NCBI RefSeq assembly: GCF_964355755.1
Contig: NC_092679.1
Span: 9,144,201 to 9,208,200, forward strand
From: Antedon mediterranea
Taxonomy: Eukaryota > Animalia > Echinodermata
Direction of reading: 5' to 3'
Length of the DNA: 64,000 bases
In this document: positions 26,671 through 40,800 of the stretch, in pieces
Position numbering within the stretch: position 1 is the first letter of the stretch
How the letters are laid out: every line of letters starts with the position of its first letter
Notes under the pieces: model-generated
What the model was told of the DNA's origin: nothing
The model's database searches: none
Seen by the model: the letters and a program-made list of their open reading frames with translations, nothing else
Translations under genes and position numbers: made by a program

Positions 26671-28569
26671 AACACAAAAGTGCTTAAAATAGCTTTAAAT
26701 CGCATTTGGAGACGTTTTAGACCATTTTGTGATTTTCGAAAAAACTTGTTAACATAAAAACACCAAAGTGTACAGAATAGCTTCAAATCGCATTTGGAGA
26801 CGTTTTAGACAATTTTGTGATTTTCGAAAAACTTGGTTACACAAAAACATCAAAGTGCTTGAAATCACATTAGAAACCGTTTTAAACCATTTTGAGCATT
26901 TCGATAAAACATTTCACACAAAAACATCAAAGAGCACAAAGTAGCTTAAAATCGTATTTAAAAACGTTTTTGACCATTTTGAGCATTTCGACAGAAAATT
27001 TTCACACAAAACATCAAAGTGTACAGAATAGCTTCAAATCGCATTTGGAAACGTTTTAGACCATTTTGAGCATTTCGAAAAACTTGTTAACACAAAAACA
27101 CCAAAGTGCTTAAAATAGCTTCAAATCGCATTTGCAGACGTTTTAGACCATTTTGTTATTTTCGAAAAAACTTGTTAACATAAAAACACAAAAGTGCTTA
27201 GAATAGCTTCAAATCGCATTTGTAGACGTTTTAGACCATTTTGTGATTTTCGAAAAAACTTGTTAACATAAAAACATCAAAGTGTACAGAAAAGCTTCAA
27301 ATCGCATTTGGAGACATTTTAGACCATTTTGTGATTTTTGAAAAAACTTGTTAACATAAAAACACCAAAGTGTACAGAAAAGCTTCAAATCGCTATTGGA
27401 GACGTTTTAGACCATTTTCTGATTTTCGAAAAAAATTGTTTCCATAAAAACACCAAAGTGCTTAGAATAGCTTCAAATCGCATTTGGAGACATTTTAGAC
27501 CATTTTGTGATTTTCGAAAAAAGTTGTTAACATAAAAACATCAAAGTGTACAGAAAAGCTTCAAATCGCATTTAGAGACGTTTTAGACCATTTTGTGATT
27601 TTCAAAAAAACTTGTTAACATAAAAACACCAAAGTGCTTAGAATAGCTTAAAATCGCATTTGGAGACGTTTTAGACCATTTTGTGATTTTCGAAAAACTT
27701 GTTAACATAAAAACATCAAAGTGTACAGAATAGCTTCAAATCGCATTTGGAGACGTTTTAGACAATTTTGTGATTTTCGAAAATCTTGGTTACACAAAAA
27801 CATAAAAGTTCTTGAAATCACATTAGAAACCGTTTTAGACCATTTTGAGCATTTCGATAAAACATTTCACAAAAAAACATCAAAGAGCACAAAGTAGCTT
27901 AATATCGTATTTAAAAACGTTTTTGACCATTTTGAGCATTTCGACAGAAAATTTTCACACAAAACATCAAAGTGTACAGAATAGCTTCAAATCGCATTTG
28001 GAAACGTTTTAGACCATTTTGTGATTTTCGAAAAAACTTGTTAACATAAAAACATCAAAGTGTACAGAATAGCTCCAAATCGCATTTGGAGACGTTTTAG
28101 ACCATTTTGTGATTTTCGAAAAAACTTGTTAACATAAAAACATCAAAGTGTACAGAAAAGCTTCAAATCGCTATTGGAGACGTTTTAGACCATTTTGTGA
28201 TTTTCGAAAAAAATTGTTTCCATAAAAACACCAAAGTGCTTAGAATAGCTTCAAATCGCATTTGGAGACATTTTAGACCATTTTGTGATTTTCGAAAAAA
28301 GTTGTTAACATAAAAACATCAAAGTGTACAGAAAAGTTTCAAATCGCATTTAGAGACGTTTTAGACCATTTTGTGATTTTCAAAAAAACTTGTTAACATA
28401 AAAACACAAAAGTGCTTAGAATAGCTTAAAATCGCATTAGAAACCGTTTTAGACCATTTTGAGCATTTCGATAAAACATTTCACACAAAAACATCAAAGA
28501 GCACAAAGTAGCTTAATATCGTATTTAAAAACGTTTTTGACCATTTTGAGCATTTCAAAAGAAAATTTT

Positions 28570-31500
28570 CACACAAAACATCAAAGTGTACAGAATAGCT
28601 TCAAATCGCATTTGGAGACGTTTTAGACCATTTTGTGATTTTCGAAAAAAATTGTTAACATAAAAACACCAAAGTGTACAGAAAAGCTTCAAATCGCTAT
28701 TGGAGACGTTTTAGACCATTTTGTGATTTTCGAAAAAAATTGTTTCCATAAAGACACCAAAGTGCTTAGAATAGCTTCAAATCGCATTTGGAGACATTTT
28801 AGACCATTTTGTGATTTTCGAAAAAAGTTGTTAACATAAAAACATCAAAGTGTACAGAAAAGCTTCAAATCGCATTTAGAGACGTTTTAGACCATTTTGT
28901 GATTTTCAAAAAAACTTGTTAACATAAAAACACCAAAGTGCTTAGAATAGCTTAAAATCGCATTTGGAGACGTTTTAGACCATTTTGTGATTTTCGAAAA
29001 ACTTGTTAACATAAAAACATCAAAGTGTACAGAATAGCTTCAAATCGCATTTGGAGACGTTTTAGACAATTTTGTGATTTTCGAAAAACTTGGTTACACA
29101 AAAACATCAAAGTGCTTGAAATCACATTAGAAACCGTTTTAGACCATTTTGAGCATTTTGATAAAACATTTCACACAAAAACATCAAAGAGCACAAAGTA
29201 GCTTAATATCGTATTTAAAAACGTTTTTGACCATTTTGAGCATTTCGACAGAAAATTTTCACACAAAACATCAAAGTGTACAGAATAGCTTCAAATCGCA
29301 TTTGGAAACGTTTTAGACCATTTTGAGCATTTCGAAAAACTTGTTAACACAAAAACACCAAAGTGCTTAAAATAGCTTCAAATCGCATTTGGAGACGTTT
29401 TAGACCATTTTGTGATTTTCGAAAAAACTTGTTAACATAAAAACACCAAAGTGCTTAAAATAGCTTTAAATCGCATTTGGAGATGTTTTAGACCATTTTG
29501 TGATTTTCTAAAAAACTTGTTAACATAAAAACATCAAAGTGTACAGAATAGCTTCAAATCGCATTTGGAGACGTTTTAGACAATTTTGTGATTTTCGAAA
29601 AACTTGTTAACACAAAAACACCAAACTGCTTAAAATAGCTTCAAATCACATTTGGAGACATTTTAGACCCTTTTGTGATTTTCAAAAAAACTTGGTTACA
29701 CAAAAGCACCTAAGTGCTTAAAATAGCTTCAAATCGCATTTGGAGACGTTTTAGACCATTTTGTGATTTTCAAAAAAACTAGTTAACATAAAAACATCAA
29801 AGTGCTTAAAATCACATTAGAAATCGTTTTAGACCATTTTGAGCATTTTGCTAAAACTTTTCACAAAAAAACATCAAAGAGCACAAAATAGCTTAATATC
29901 GTGTTTAAAAACGTTTTAGACCATTTTGAGCATTTCGAAAAACTTGTTAACACAAAAACACCAAAGTGCTTAAAATAGCTTCAAATCGCATTTGGAGACG
30001 TTTTAGACCATTTTGTGAGTTTCGAAAAAATTTGTTTAAATAAAAACACAAAAGTGCTTAGAATAGCTTCAAATCGCATTTGTAGACGTTTTAGACCATT
30101 TTGTGATTTTCGAAAAAACTTTTTAACATAAAAACACCAAAGTGCTTAGATTAGCTTCAAATCGCATTTGGAGACATTTTAGACCATTTTGTGATTTTCG
30201 AAAAAACTTGTTAACATAAAAACATCAAAGTGTACAGAAAAGCTTCAAATCGCATTTAGAGACGTTTTAGACCATTTTGTGATTTTCAAAAAAACTTGTT
30301 AACATAAAAACACCAAAGTGCTTAGAATAGCTTAAAATCGCATTTGGAGACGTTTTAGACCATTTTGTGATTTTCGAAAAACTTGTTAACATAAAAACAT
30401 CAAAGAGTACAGAATAGCTTCAAATCGCATTTGGAGACGTTTTAGACAATTTTGTGATTTTCGAAAAACTTGGTTACACAAAAACATCAAAGTGCTTGAA
30501 ATCACATTAGAAACCGTTTTAGACCATTTTGAGCATTTCGATAAAACATTTCAGACAAAAACATCAAAGAGCACAAAGTAGCTTAATATCGTATTTAAAA
30601 ACGTTTTTGACCATTTTGAGCATTTCGACAGAAAATTTTCACACAAAACATCAAAGTGTACAGAATAGCTTCAAATCGCATTTGGAAACGTTTTAGACCA
30701 TTTTGAGCATTTCGAAAAACTTGTTAACACAAAAACACCAAAGTGCTTAAAATAGCTTCAAATCGCATTTGGAGACGTTTTAGACCATTTTGTGATTTTC
30801 GAAAAAACATGTTAACATAAAAACACTAAAGTGCTTAAAATAGCTTTAAATCGCATTTGGAGATGTTTTAGACCATTTTGTGATTTTCTAAAAAACTTGT
30901 TAACATAAAAACATCAAAGTGTACAGAATAGCTTCAAATCGCATTTGGAGACGTTTTAGACAATTTTGTGATTTCCGAAAAACTTGTTAACACAAAAACA
31001 CCAAAGTGCTTAAAATAGCTTCAAATCACATTTGGAGACATTTTAGACCCTTTTGTGATTTTCAAAAAAACTTGGTTACACAAAAGCACCTAAGTGCTTA
31101 AAATAGCTTCAAATCGCATTTGGAGACGTTTTAGACCATTTTGTGATTTTCGAAAAAACTAGTTAACATAAAAACATCAAAGTGCTTAAAATCACATTAG
31201 AAATCGTTTTAGACCATTTTGTGATTTTCGAAAAAACTTGTTAACATAAAAACACCAAAGTGTAAAGAAAAACTTGTTAACATAAAAACATCAAAGTGTA
31301 CAGAATAGCTTCAAATCGCATTTGGAGACGTTTTGTGAGCTTAATATCGTGTTTAAAAACGTTTTAGACCATTTTGAGCATTTCGAAAAACTTGTTAACA
31401 CAAAAACACTAAAGTGCTTAAAATAGCTTCAAATCGCATTTGGAGACGTTTTAGACCATTTTGTGAGTTTCGAAAAAATTTGTTTAAATAAAAACACCAA

Positions 31501-34500
31501 TGTGCTAAGAATAGTTTCAAATCGCATTTGCAGACGTTTTAGACCATTTTGTGATTTTCGAAAAAACTTGTTAACATAAAAACACAAAAGTGCTTAGAAT
31601 AGCTTCAAATCGCATTTGTAGACGTTTTAGACCATTTTGTGATTTTCGAAAAAACTTGTTAACATAAAAACATCAAAGTGTACAGAATAGCTTCAAATCG
31701 AATTTGGAGACGTTTTAGACCATTTTGTGATTTTCGAAAAAACTTAACATAAAAACACCAAAGTGTAAAGAAAAGCTTCAAATCACTATTGGAGACGTTT
31801 TAGACCATTTTGTGATTTTCGAAAAAAAATGTTTCCATAAAAACACCAAAGTGCTTAGAATAGCTTCAAATCGCATTTGGAGACATTTTAGACCATTTTG
31901 TGATTTTCGAAAAAACTTGTTAATATAAAAACATCAAAGTGTACAGAATAGCTTCAAATCGCATTTGGAGACGTTTTAGACCATTTTGTGATTTTCGAAA
32001 AAACTTGTTAACATAAAAACACCAAAGTGTAAAGAAAAGCTTCAAATCGCTATTGGAGACGTTTTAGACCATTTTGTGATTTTCGAAAAAAATTGTTTCC
32101 ATAAAAACACCAAAGTGCTTAGAATAGCTTCAAATCGCATTTGGAGACATTTTAGACCATTTTGTGATTTTCGAAAAAACTTGTTAACATAAAAACATCA
32201 AAGTGTACAGAAAAGCTTCAAATCGCATTTAGAGACGTTTTAGACCATTTTGTGATTTTCAAAAAAACTCGTTAACATAAAAACACCAAAGTGCTTAGAA
32301 TAGCTTAAAATCGCATTTGGAGACGTTTTAGACCATTTTGTGATTTTCGAAAAAAGTTGTTAACATAAAAACATCAAAGTGTACAGAAAAGCTTCAAATC
32401 GCATTTAGAGACGTTTTAGACCATTTTGTGATTTTCAAAAAAACTTGTTAACATAAAAACACAAAAGTGCTTAGAATAGCTTAAAATCGCATTAGAAACC
32501 GTTTTAGACCATTTTGAGCATTTCGATAAAACATTTCACACAAAAACATCAAAGAGCACAAAGTAGCTTAATATCGTATTTAAAAACGTTTTTGACCATT
32601 TTGAGCATTTCAAAAGAAAATTTTCACACAAAACATCAAAGTGTACAGAATAGCTTCAAATCGCATTTGGAAACGTTTTAGACCATTTTGTGATTTTCGA
32701 AAAAACTTGTTAACATAAAAACACCAAAGTGCTTAGAAAAACTTCAAATCGCATTTGGAGACGTTTTATACCATTTTGTGATTTTCGAAAAAACTTGTTA
32801 ACATAAAAACACCAAAGTGCTTAGAATAGCTTCAAATCGCATTTGGAGACGTTTTAGACCATTTTGAGCATTTCGAAAAACTTGTTAACACAAAAACACC
32901 AAAGTGCTTAAAATAGCTTCAAATCGCATTTGGAGACGTTTTAGACCATTTTGTGATTTTCGAAAAAACTTGTTAACATAAAAACACAAAAGTGCTTAGA
33001 ATAGCTTCAAATCGCATTTGTAGACGTTTTAGACCATTTTGTGATTTTCGAAAAAACTTGTTAACCTAAAAACACCAAAGTGCTTTAAATAGCTTCAAAT
33101 CGCATTTACAGACATTTTAGACCCTTTTGTGATTTTCGAAAAAACTTGGTTACACAAAAACACAAAAGTGCTTAAAATAGCTTTAAATCGTATTTGGAGA
33201 CGTTTTAGACCATTTTGTGATTTTCGAAAAAACTTGTTAACATAAAAACACCAAAGTGTACAGAATAGCTTCAAATCGCATTTGGAGACGTTTTAGACAA
33301 TTTTGTGATTTTCGAAAAACTTGGTTACACAAAAACATCAAAGTGCTTGAAATCACATTAGAAACCGTTTTAGACCATTTTGAGCATTTCGATAAAACAT
33401 TTCACACAAAAACATCAAAGAGCACAAAGTAGCTTAATATCGTATTTAAAAACGTTTTTGACCATTTTGAGCATTTCGACAGAAAATTTTCACACAAAAC
33501 ATCAAAGTGTACAGAATAGCTTCAAATCGCATTTGGAAACGTTTTAGACCATTTTGTGATTTTCGAAAAAACTTGTTAACATAAAAACATCAAAGTGTAC
33601 AGAATAGCTTCAAATCGCATTTGGAGACGTTTTAGACCATTTTGTGATTTTCGAAAAAAATTGTTAACATAAAAACACCAAAGTGTACAGAAAAGCTTCA
33701 AATCGCTATTGGAGACGTTTTAGACCATTTTGTGATTTTCGAAAAAAATTGTTTCCATAAAGACACCAAAGTGCTTAAAATAGCTTCAAATCGCATTTGG
33801 AGACATTTTAGACCATTTTGTGATTTTCGAAAAAAGTTGTTAACATAAAAACATCAAAGTGTACAGAAAAGCTTCAAATCGCATTTAGAGACGTTTTAGA
33901 CCATTTTGTGATTTTCAAAAAAACTTGTTAACATAAAAACACCAAAGTGCTTAGAATAGCTTAAAATCGCATTTGGAGACGTTTTAGACCATTTTGTGAT
34001 TTTCGAAAAACTTGTTAACATAAAAACATCAAAGTGTACAGAATAGCTTCAAATCGCATTTGGAGACGTTTTAGACAATTTTGTGATTTTCGAAAAACTT
34101 GGTTACACAAAAACATCAAAGTGCTTGAAATCACATTAGAAACCGTTTTAGACCATTTTGAGCATTTTGATAAAACATTTCACACAAAAACATCAAAGAG
34201 CACAAAGTAGCTTAATATCGTATTTAAAAACGTTTTTGGCCATTTTGAGCATTTCGACAGAAAATTTTCACACAAAACATCAAAGTGTACAGAATAGCTT
34301 CAAATCGCATTTGGAAACGTTTTAGACCATTTTGAGCATTTCGAAAAACTTGTTAACACAAAAACACCAAAGTGCTTAAAATAGCTTCAAATCGCATTTG
34401 GAGACGTTTTAGACCATTTTGTGATTTTCGAAAAAACTTGTTAACATAAAAACACCAAAGTGCTTAAAATAGCTTTAAATCGCATTTGGAGATGTTTTAG

Positions 34501-35055
34501 ACCATTTTGTGATTTTCTAAAAAACTTGTTAACATAAAAACATCAAAGTGTACAGAATAGCTTCAAATCGCATTTGGAGACGTTTTAGACAATTTTGTGA
34601 TTTTCGAAAAACTTGTTAACACAAAAACACCAAACTGCTTAAAATAGCTTCAAATCACATTTGGAGACATTTTAGACCCTTTTGTGATTTTCAAAAAAAC
34701 TTGGTTACACAAAAGCACCTAAGTGCTTAAAATAGCTTCAAATCGCATTTGGAGACGTTTTAGACCATTTTGTGATTTTCGAAAAAACTAGTTAACATAA
34801 AAACATCAAAGTGCTTAAAATCACATTAGAAATCGTTTTAGACCATTTTGAGCATTTTGCTAAAACTTTTCACAAAAAAACATCAAAGAGCACAAAATAG
34901 CTTAATATCGTGTTTAAAAACGTTTTAGACCATTTTGAGCATTTCGAAAAACTTGTTAACACAAAAACACCAAAGTGCTTAAAATAGCTTCAAATCGCAT
35001 TTGGAGACGTTTTAGACCATTTTGTGAGTTTCGAAAAAATTTGTTTAAATAAAAA
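28570..35055 (+). repeat. ~1.5 kb block (~28570-30045) repeated non-adjacently at ~33580-35055 (offset 5009)
   Basis: Private variants AAGACACC (28753/33762), GCATTTTGATAAAAC (29160/34169) and CAAACTGC (29626/34635) all give an offset of 5009. Confidence 0.82.
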
Positions 35056-37845
35056 CACCAATGTGCTAAGAATAGTTTAAAATCGCATTTGCAGACGTTT
35101 TAGACCATTTTGTTTTCGAAAAAAACTTGTTAACATAAAAACACAAAAGTGTTTAGAATAGCTTCAAATTGCATTTGTAGACGTTTTAGACCATTTTGTG
35201 ATCTTCGAAAAAACTTGTTAACATAAAAACATCAAAGTGTACAGAATAGCTTCAAATCGCATTTGGAGACGTTTTAGACCATTTTGTGATTTTCGAAAAA
35301 ACTTGTTAACATAAAAACACCAAAGTGTAAAGAAAAGCTTCAAATCGCATTTTGAAACGTTTTAGACCATTTTGTGATTTTCGAAAAAACTTATTAACAT
35401 AAAAACATCAAAGTGTACAGATTAGCTTCAAATCGCATTTGGAGACGTTTTAGACCATTTTGTGATTTTCGAAAAAACTTGTTAACATAAAAACACCAAA
35501 GTGTACAGAAAAGCTTCAAATCGCTATTGGAGACGTTTTAGACCATTTTGTGATTTTCGAAAAAAATTGTTTCCATAAAAACACCAAAGTGCTTAGAATA
35601 GCTTCAAATCGCATTTGGAGACATTTTAGACCATTTTGTGATTTTCGAAAAAAGTTGTTAACATAAAAACATCAAAGTGTACAGAAAAGCTTCAAATCGC
35701 ATTTAGAGACGTTTTAGACCATTTTGTGATTTTCAAAAAAACTTGTTAACATAAAAACACCAAAGTGCTTAGAATAGCTTAAAATCGCATTTGGAGACGT
35801 TTTAGACCATTTTGTGATTTTCGAAAAACTTGTTAACATAAAAACATCAAAGTGTACAGAATAGCTTAAAATCGCTATTGGAGACGTTTTAGACCATTTT
35901 GTGATTTTCGAAAAAACTTGTTAACATAAAAACATCAAAGTGCTTAGAATAGCTTCAAATCGCATTTGGAGAAAATTTAGACCATTTTGTGATTTTCGAA
36001 AAAAGTTAACATAAAAACATTAAAGTGTACAGAAAAGCTTCAAATCGCATTTAGAGACGTTTTAGACCATTTTGTGATTTTCGAAAAACTTGTTAACATA
36101 AAAACATCAAAGTGTACAGAATAGCTTCAAATCGCATTTGGAGACGTTTTAGACCATTTTGTGATTTTCGAAAAACTTGTTAACATAAAAACATCAAAGT
36201 GTACAGAATAGCTTCAAATCGCATTTGGAGACGTTTTAGACAATTTTGTGATTTTCGAAAAACTTGGTTACACAAAAACATCAAAGTGCTTGAAATCACA
36301 TTAGAAACCGTTTTAGACCATTTTGAGCATTTCGATAAAACATTTCACACAAAAACATCAAAGAGCACAAAATAGCTTAATATCGTGTTTAAAAACGTTT
36401 TAGACCATTTTGAGCATTTCGAAAAACTTGTTAACACAAAAACACCAAAGTGCTTAAAATAGCTTCAAATCGCATTTGGAGACGTTTTAGACCATTTTGT
36501 GAGTTTCGAAAAAATTTGTTTATATAAAAACACCAATGTGCTAAGAATAGTTTAAAATCGCATTTGCAGACGTTTTAGACCATTTTGTGATTTTCGAAAA
36601 AAACTTGTTAACATAAAAACACAAAAGTGTTTAGAATAGCTTCAAATTGCATTTGTAGACGTTTTAGACCATTTTGTGATCTTCGAAAAAACTTGTTAAC
36701 ATAAAAACATCAAAGTGTACAGAATAGCTTCAAATCGCATTTGGAGACGTTTTAGACCATTTTGTGATTTTCGAAAAAACTTGTTAACATAAAAACACCA
36801 AAGTGTAAAGAAAAGCTTCAAATCGCATTTTGAAACGTTTTAGACCATTTTGTGATTTTCGAAAAAACTTATTAACATAAAAACATCAAAGTGTACAGAT
36901 TAGCTTCAAATCGCATTTGGAGACGTTTTAGACCATTTTGTGATTTTCGAAAAAACTTGTTAACATAAAAACACCAAAGTGTACAGAAAAGCTTCAAATC
37001 GCTATTGGAGACGTTTTAGACCATTTTGTGATTTTCGAAAAAAATTGTTTCCATAAAAACACCAAAGTGCTTAGAATAGCTTCAAATCGCATTTGGAGAC
37101 ATTTTAGACCATTTTGTGATTTTCGAAAAAAGTTGTTAACATAAAAACATCAAAGTGTACAGAAAAGCTTCAAATCGCATTTAGAGACGTTTTAGACCAT
37201 TTTGTGATTTTCAAAAAAACTTGTTAACATAAAAACACCAAAGTGCTTAGAATAGCTTAAAATCGCATTTGGAGACGTTTTAGACCATTTTGTGATTTTC
37301 GAAAAACTTGTTAACATAAAAACATCAAAGTGTACAGAATAGCTTAAAATCGCTATTGGAGACGTTTTAGACCATTTTGTGATTTTCGAAAAAACTTGTT
37401 AACATAAAAACATCAAAGTGCTTAGAATAGCTTCAAATCGCATTTGGAGAAAATTTAGACCATTTTGTGATTTTCGAAAAAAGTTAACATAAAAACATTA
37501 AAGTGTACAGAAAAGCTTCAAATCGCATTTAGAGACGTTTTAGACCATTTTGTGATTTTCGAAAAACTTGTTAACATAAAAACATCAAAGTGTACAGAAT
37601 AGCTTCAAATCGCATTTGGAGACGTTTTAGACCATTTTGTGATTTTCGAAAAACTTGTTAACATAAAAACATCAAAGTGTACAGAATAGCTTCAAATCGC
37701 ATTTGGAGACGTTTTAGACAATTTTGTGATTTTCGAAAAACTTGGTTACACAAAAACATCAAAGTGCTTGAAATCACATTAGAAACCGTTTTAGACCATT
37801 TTGAGCATTTCGATAAAACATTTCACACAAAAACATCAAAGAGCA
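34880..37845 (+). repeat. Tandem duplication of ~1475-1478 bp (17 monomers)
   Basis: Markers GTTTAGAATA (35151/36629), TTTTGAAACG (35354/36832) and GAAAATTTAG (35971/37449) are offset by 1478. A 3-bp deletion lies near 35112 in the first copy. Confidence 0.88.
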
Positions 37846-40800
37846 CAAAGTAGCTTAATATCGTATTTAAAAACGTTTTTGACCATTTTGAGCATTTCGA
37901 AAGAAAATTTTCACACAAAACATCAAAGTGTACAGAATAGCTTCAAATCGCATTTGGAAACGTTTTAGACCATTTTGTGATTTTCGAAAAACTTGTTAAC
38001 ACAAAAACACCAAAGTGCTTAAAATAGCTTCAAATCGCATTTGGAGACGTTTTAGACCATTTTGTGATTTTCGAAAAAACTTGTTAACATAAAAACACAA
38101 AAGTGCTTAGAATAGCTTCAAATCGCATTTGTAGACGTTTTAGACCATTTTGTGATTTTCGAAAAAACTTGTTAATCTAAAAACACCAAAGTGCTTTAAA
38201 TAGCTTCAAATCGCATTTACAGACATTTTAGACCCTTTTGTGATTTTCGAAAAAACTTGTTAACATAAAAACATCAAAGTGTACAGATTAGCTACAAATC
38301 GCATTTGTAGACGTTTTAGACCATTTTGTGATTTTCGAAAAAACTTGCTAACATAAAAACATCAAAGTGTACAGAATAGCTTCAAATCACATTTGGAGAC
38401 GTTTTAGACCATTTTGTGATTTTCGAAAAAAATTGTTTCCATAAAAACACCAAAGTGCTTAGAATAGCTTCAAATCGCATTTGGAGACATTTTAGACCAT
38501 TTTGTGATTTTCGAAAAAACTTGTTAACATAAAAACACAAAAGTGCTTAGAATAGCTTCAAATCGCATTTGTAGACGTTTTAGACCATTTTGTGATTTTC
38601 GAAAAAACTTGTTAACCTAAAAACACCAAAGTGCTTTAAATAGCTTCAAATCGCATTTACAGACATTTTAGACCCTTTTGTGATTTTCGAAAAAACTTGT
38701 TAACCTAAAAACACCAAAGTGCTTTAAATAGCTTCAAATCGCATTTACAGACATTTTAGACCCTTTTGTGATTTTCGAAAAAACTTGTTAACATAAAAAC
38801 ATCAAAGTGTACAGATTAGCTTCAAATCGCATTTGTAGACGTTTTAGACCATTTTGTGATTTTCGAAAAAACTTGCTAACATAAAAACATCAAAGTGTAC
38901 AGAATAGCTTCAAATCACATTTGGAGACGTTTTAGACCATTTTGTGATTTTCGAAAAAAATTGTTTCCATAAAAACACCAAAGTGCTTAGAATAGCTTCA
39001 AATCGCATTTGGAGACATTTTAGACCATTTTGTGATTTTCGAAAAAACTTGTTAACATAAAAACATCAAAATGTACAGAAAAGCTTCAAATCTCATTTAG
39101 AGACGTTTTAGACCATTTTGTGATTTCAAAAAAACTTGTTAACATAAAAACACCAAAGTGCTTAGAATAGCTTAAAATCGCATTTGGAGACGTTTTAGAC
39201 CATTTTGTGATTTTCGAAAAACTTGTTAACATAAAAACATCAAAGAGTACAGAATAGCTTCAAATCGCATTTGGAGACGTTTTAGACAATTTTGTGATTT
39301 TCGAAAAACTTGGTTACACAAAAACATCAAAGTGCTTGAAATCACATTAGAAACCGTTTTAGACCATTTTGAGCATTTCGATAAAACATTTCACACAAAA
39401 ACATCAAAGAGCACAAAGTAGCTTAATATCGTATTTAAAAACGTTTTTGACCATTTTGAGCATTTCGACAGAAAATTTTCACACAAAACATCAAAGTGTA
39501 CAGAATAGCTTCAAATCGCATTTGGAAACGTTTTAGACCATTTTGAGCATTTCGAAAAACTTGTTAACACAAAAACACCAAAGTGCTTAAAATAGCTTCA
39601 AATCGCATTTGGAGACGTTTTAGACCATTTTGTGATTTTCGAAAAAACTTGTTAACATAAAAACACCAAAGTGCTTAAAATAGCTTTAAATCGCATTTGG
39701 AGATGTTTTAGACCATTTTGTGATTTTCTAAAAAACTTGTTAACATAAAAACATCAAAGTGTACAGAATAGCTTCAAATCGCATTTGGAGACGTTTTAGA
39801 CAATTTTGTGATTTCCGAAAAACTTGTTAACACAAAAACACCAAAGTGCTTAAAATAGCTTCAAATCACATTTGGAGACATTTTAGACCCTTTTGTGATT
39901 TTCAAAAAAACTTGGTTACACAAAAGCACTTAAGTGCTTAAAATAGCTTCAAATCGCATTTGGAGACGTTTTAGACCATTTTGTGATTTTCGAAAAAACT
40001 AGTTAACATAAAAACATCAAAGTGCTTAAAATCACATTAGAAATCGTTTTAGACCATTTTGAGCATTTTGCTAAAACTTTTCACAAAAAAACACCAAAGA
40101 GCACAAAATAGCTTAATATCGTGTTTAAAAACGTTTTAGACCATTTTGAGCATTTCGAAAAACTTGTTAACACAAAAACACCAAAGTGCTTAAAATAGCT
40201 TCAAATCGCATTTGGAGACGTTTTAGACCATTTTGTGAGTTTCGAAAAAATTTGTTTAAATAAAAACACCAATGTGCTAAGAATAGTTTAAAATCGCATT
40301 TGCAGACGTTTTAGACCATTTTGTGATCAAAATGGTCTAAAACGTTTTTAAACACGATATTAAGCTATTTTGTGCTCTTTGGTGTTTTTTTGTGAAAAGT
40401 TTTAGCAAAATGCTCAAAATGGTCTAAAACGATTTCTAATGTGATTTTAAGCACTTTGATGTTTTTATGTTAACTAGTTTTTTCGAAAATCACAAAATGG
40501 TCTAAAACGTCTCCAAATGCGATTTGAAGCTATTTTAAGCACTTAAGTGCTTTTGTGTAACCAAGTTTTTTTGAAAATCACAAAAGGGTCTAAAATGTCT
40601 CCAAATGTGATTTGAAGCTATTTTAAGCACTTTGGTGTTTTTGTGTTAACAAGTTTTTCGGAAATCACAAAATTGTCTAAAACGTCTCCAAATGCGATTT
40701 GAAGCTATTCTGTACACTTTGATGTTTTTATGTTAACAAGTTTTTTAGAAAATCACAAAATGGTCTAAAACATCTCCAAATGCGATTTAAAGCTATTTTA

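Larger units (their letters stand above)
1..40327 (+). repeat. Tandem satellite array, 87-88 bp monomer, forward (A-rich strand) orientation
   Basis: ACCATTTTG/ACAATTTTG recurs at 1, 88, 175, 252, 339, 426 and so on without interruption. The 87 vs 88 bp length depends on an A5 vs A6 run after TTTTCG. The first monomer has 27/87 G+C. The array runs off the left edge of the window. Confidence 0.99.
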
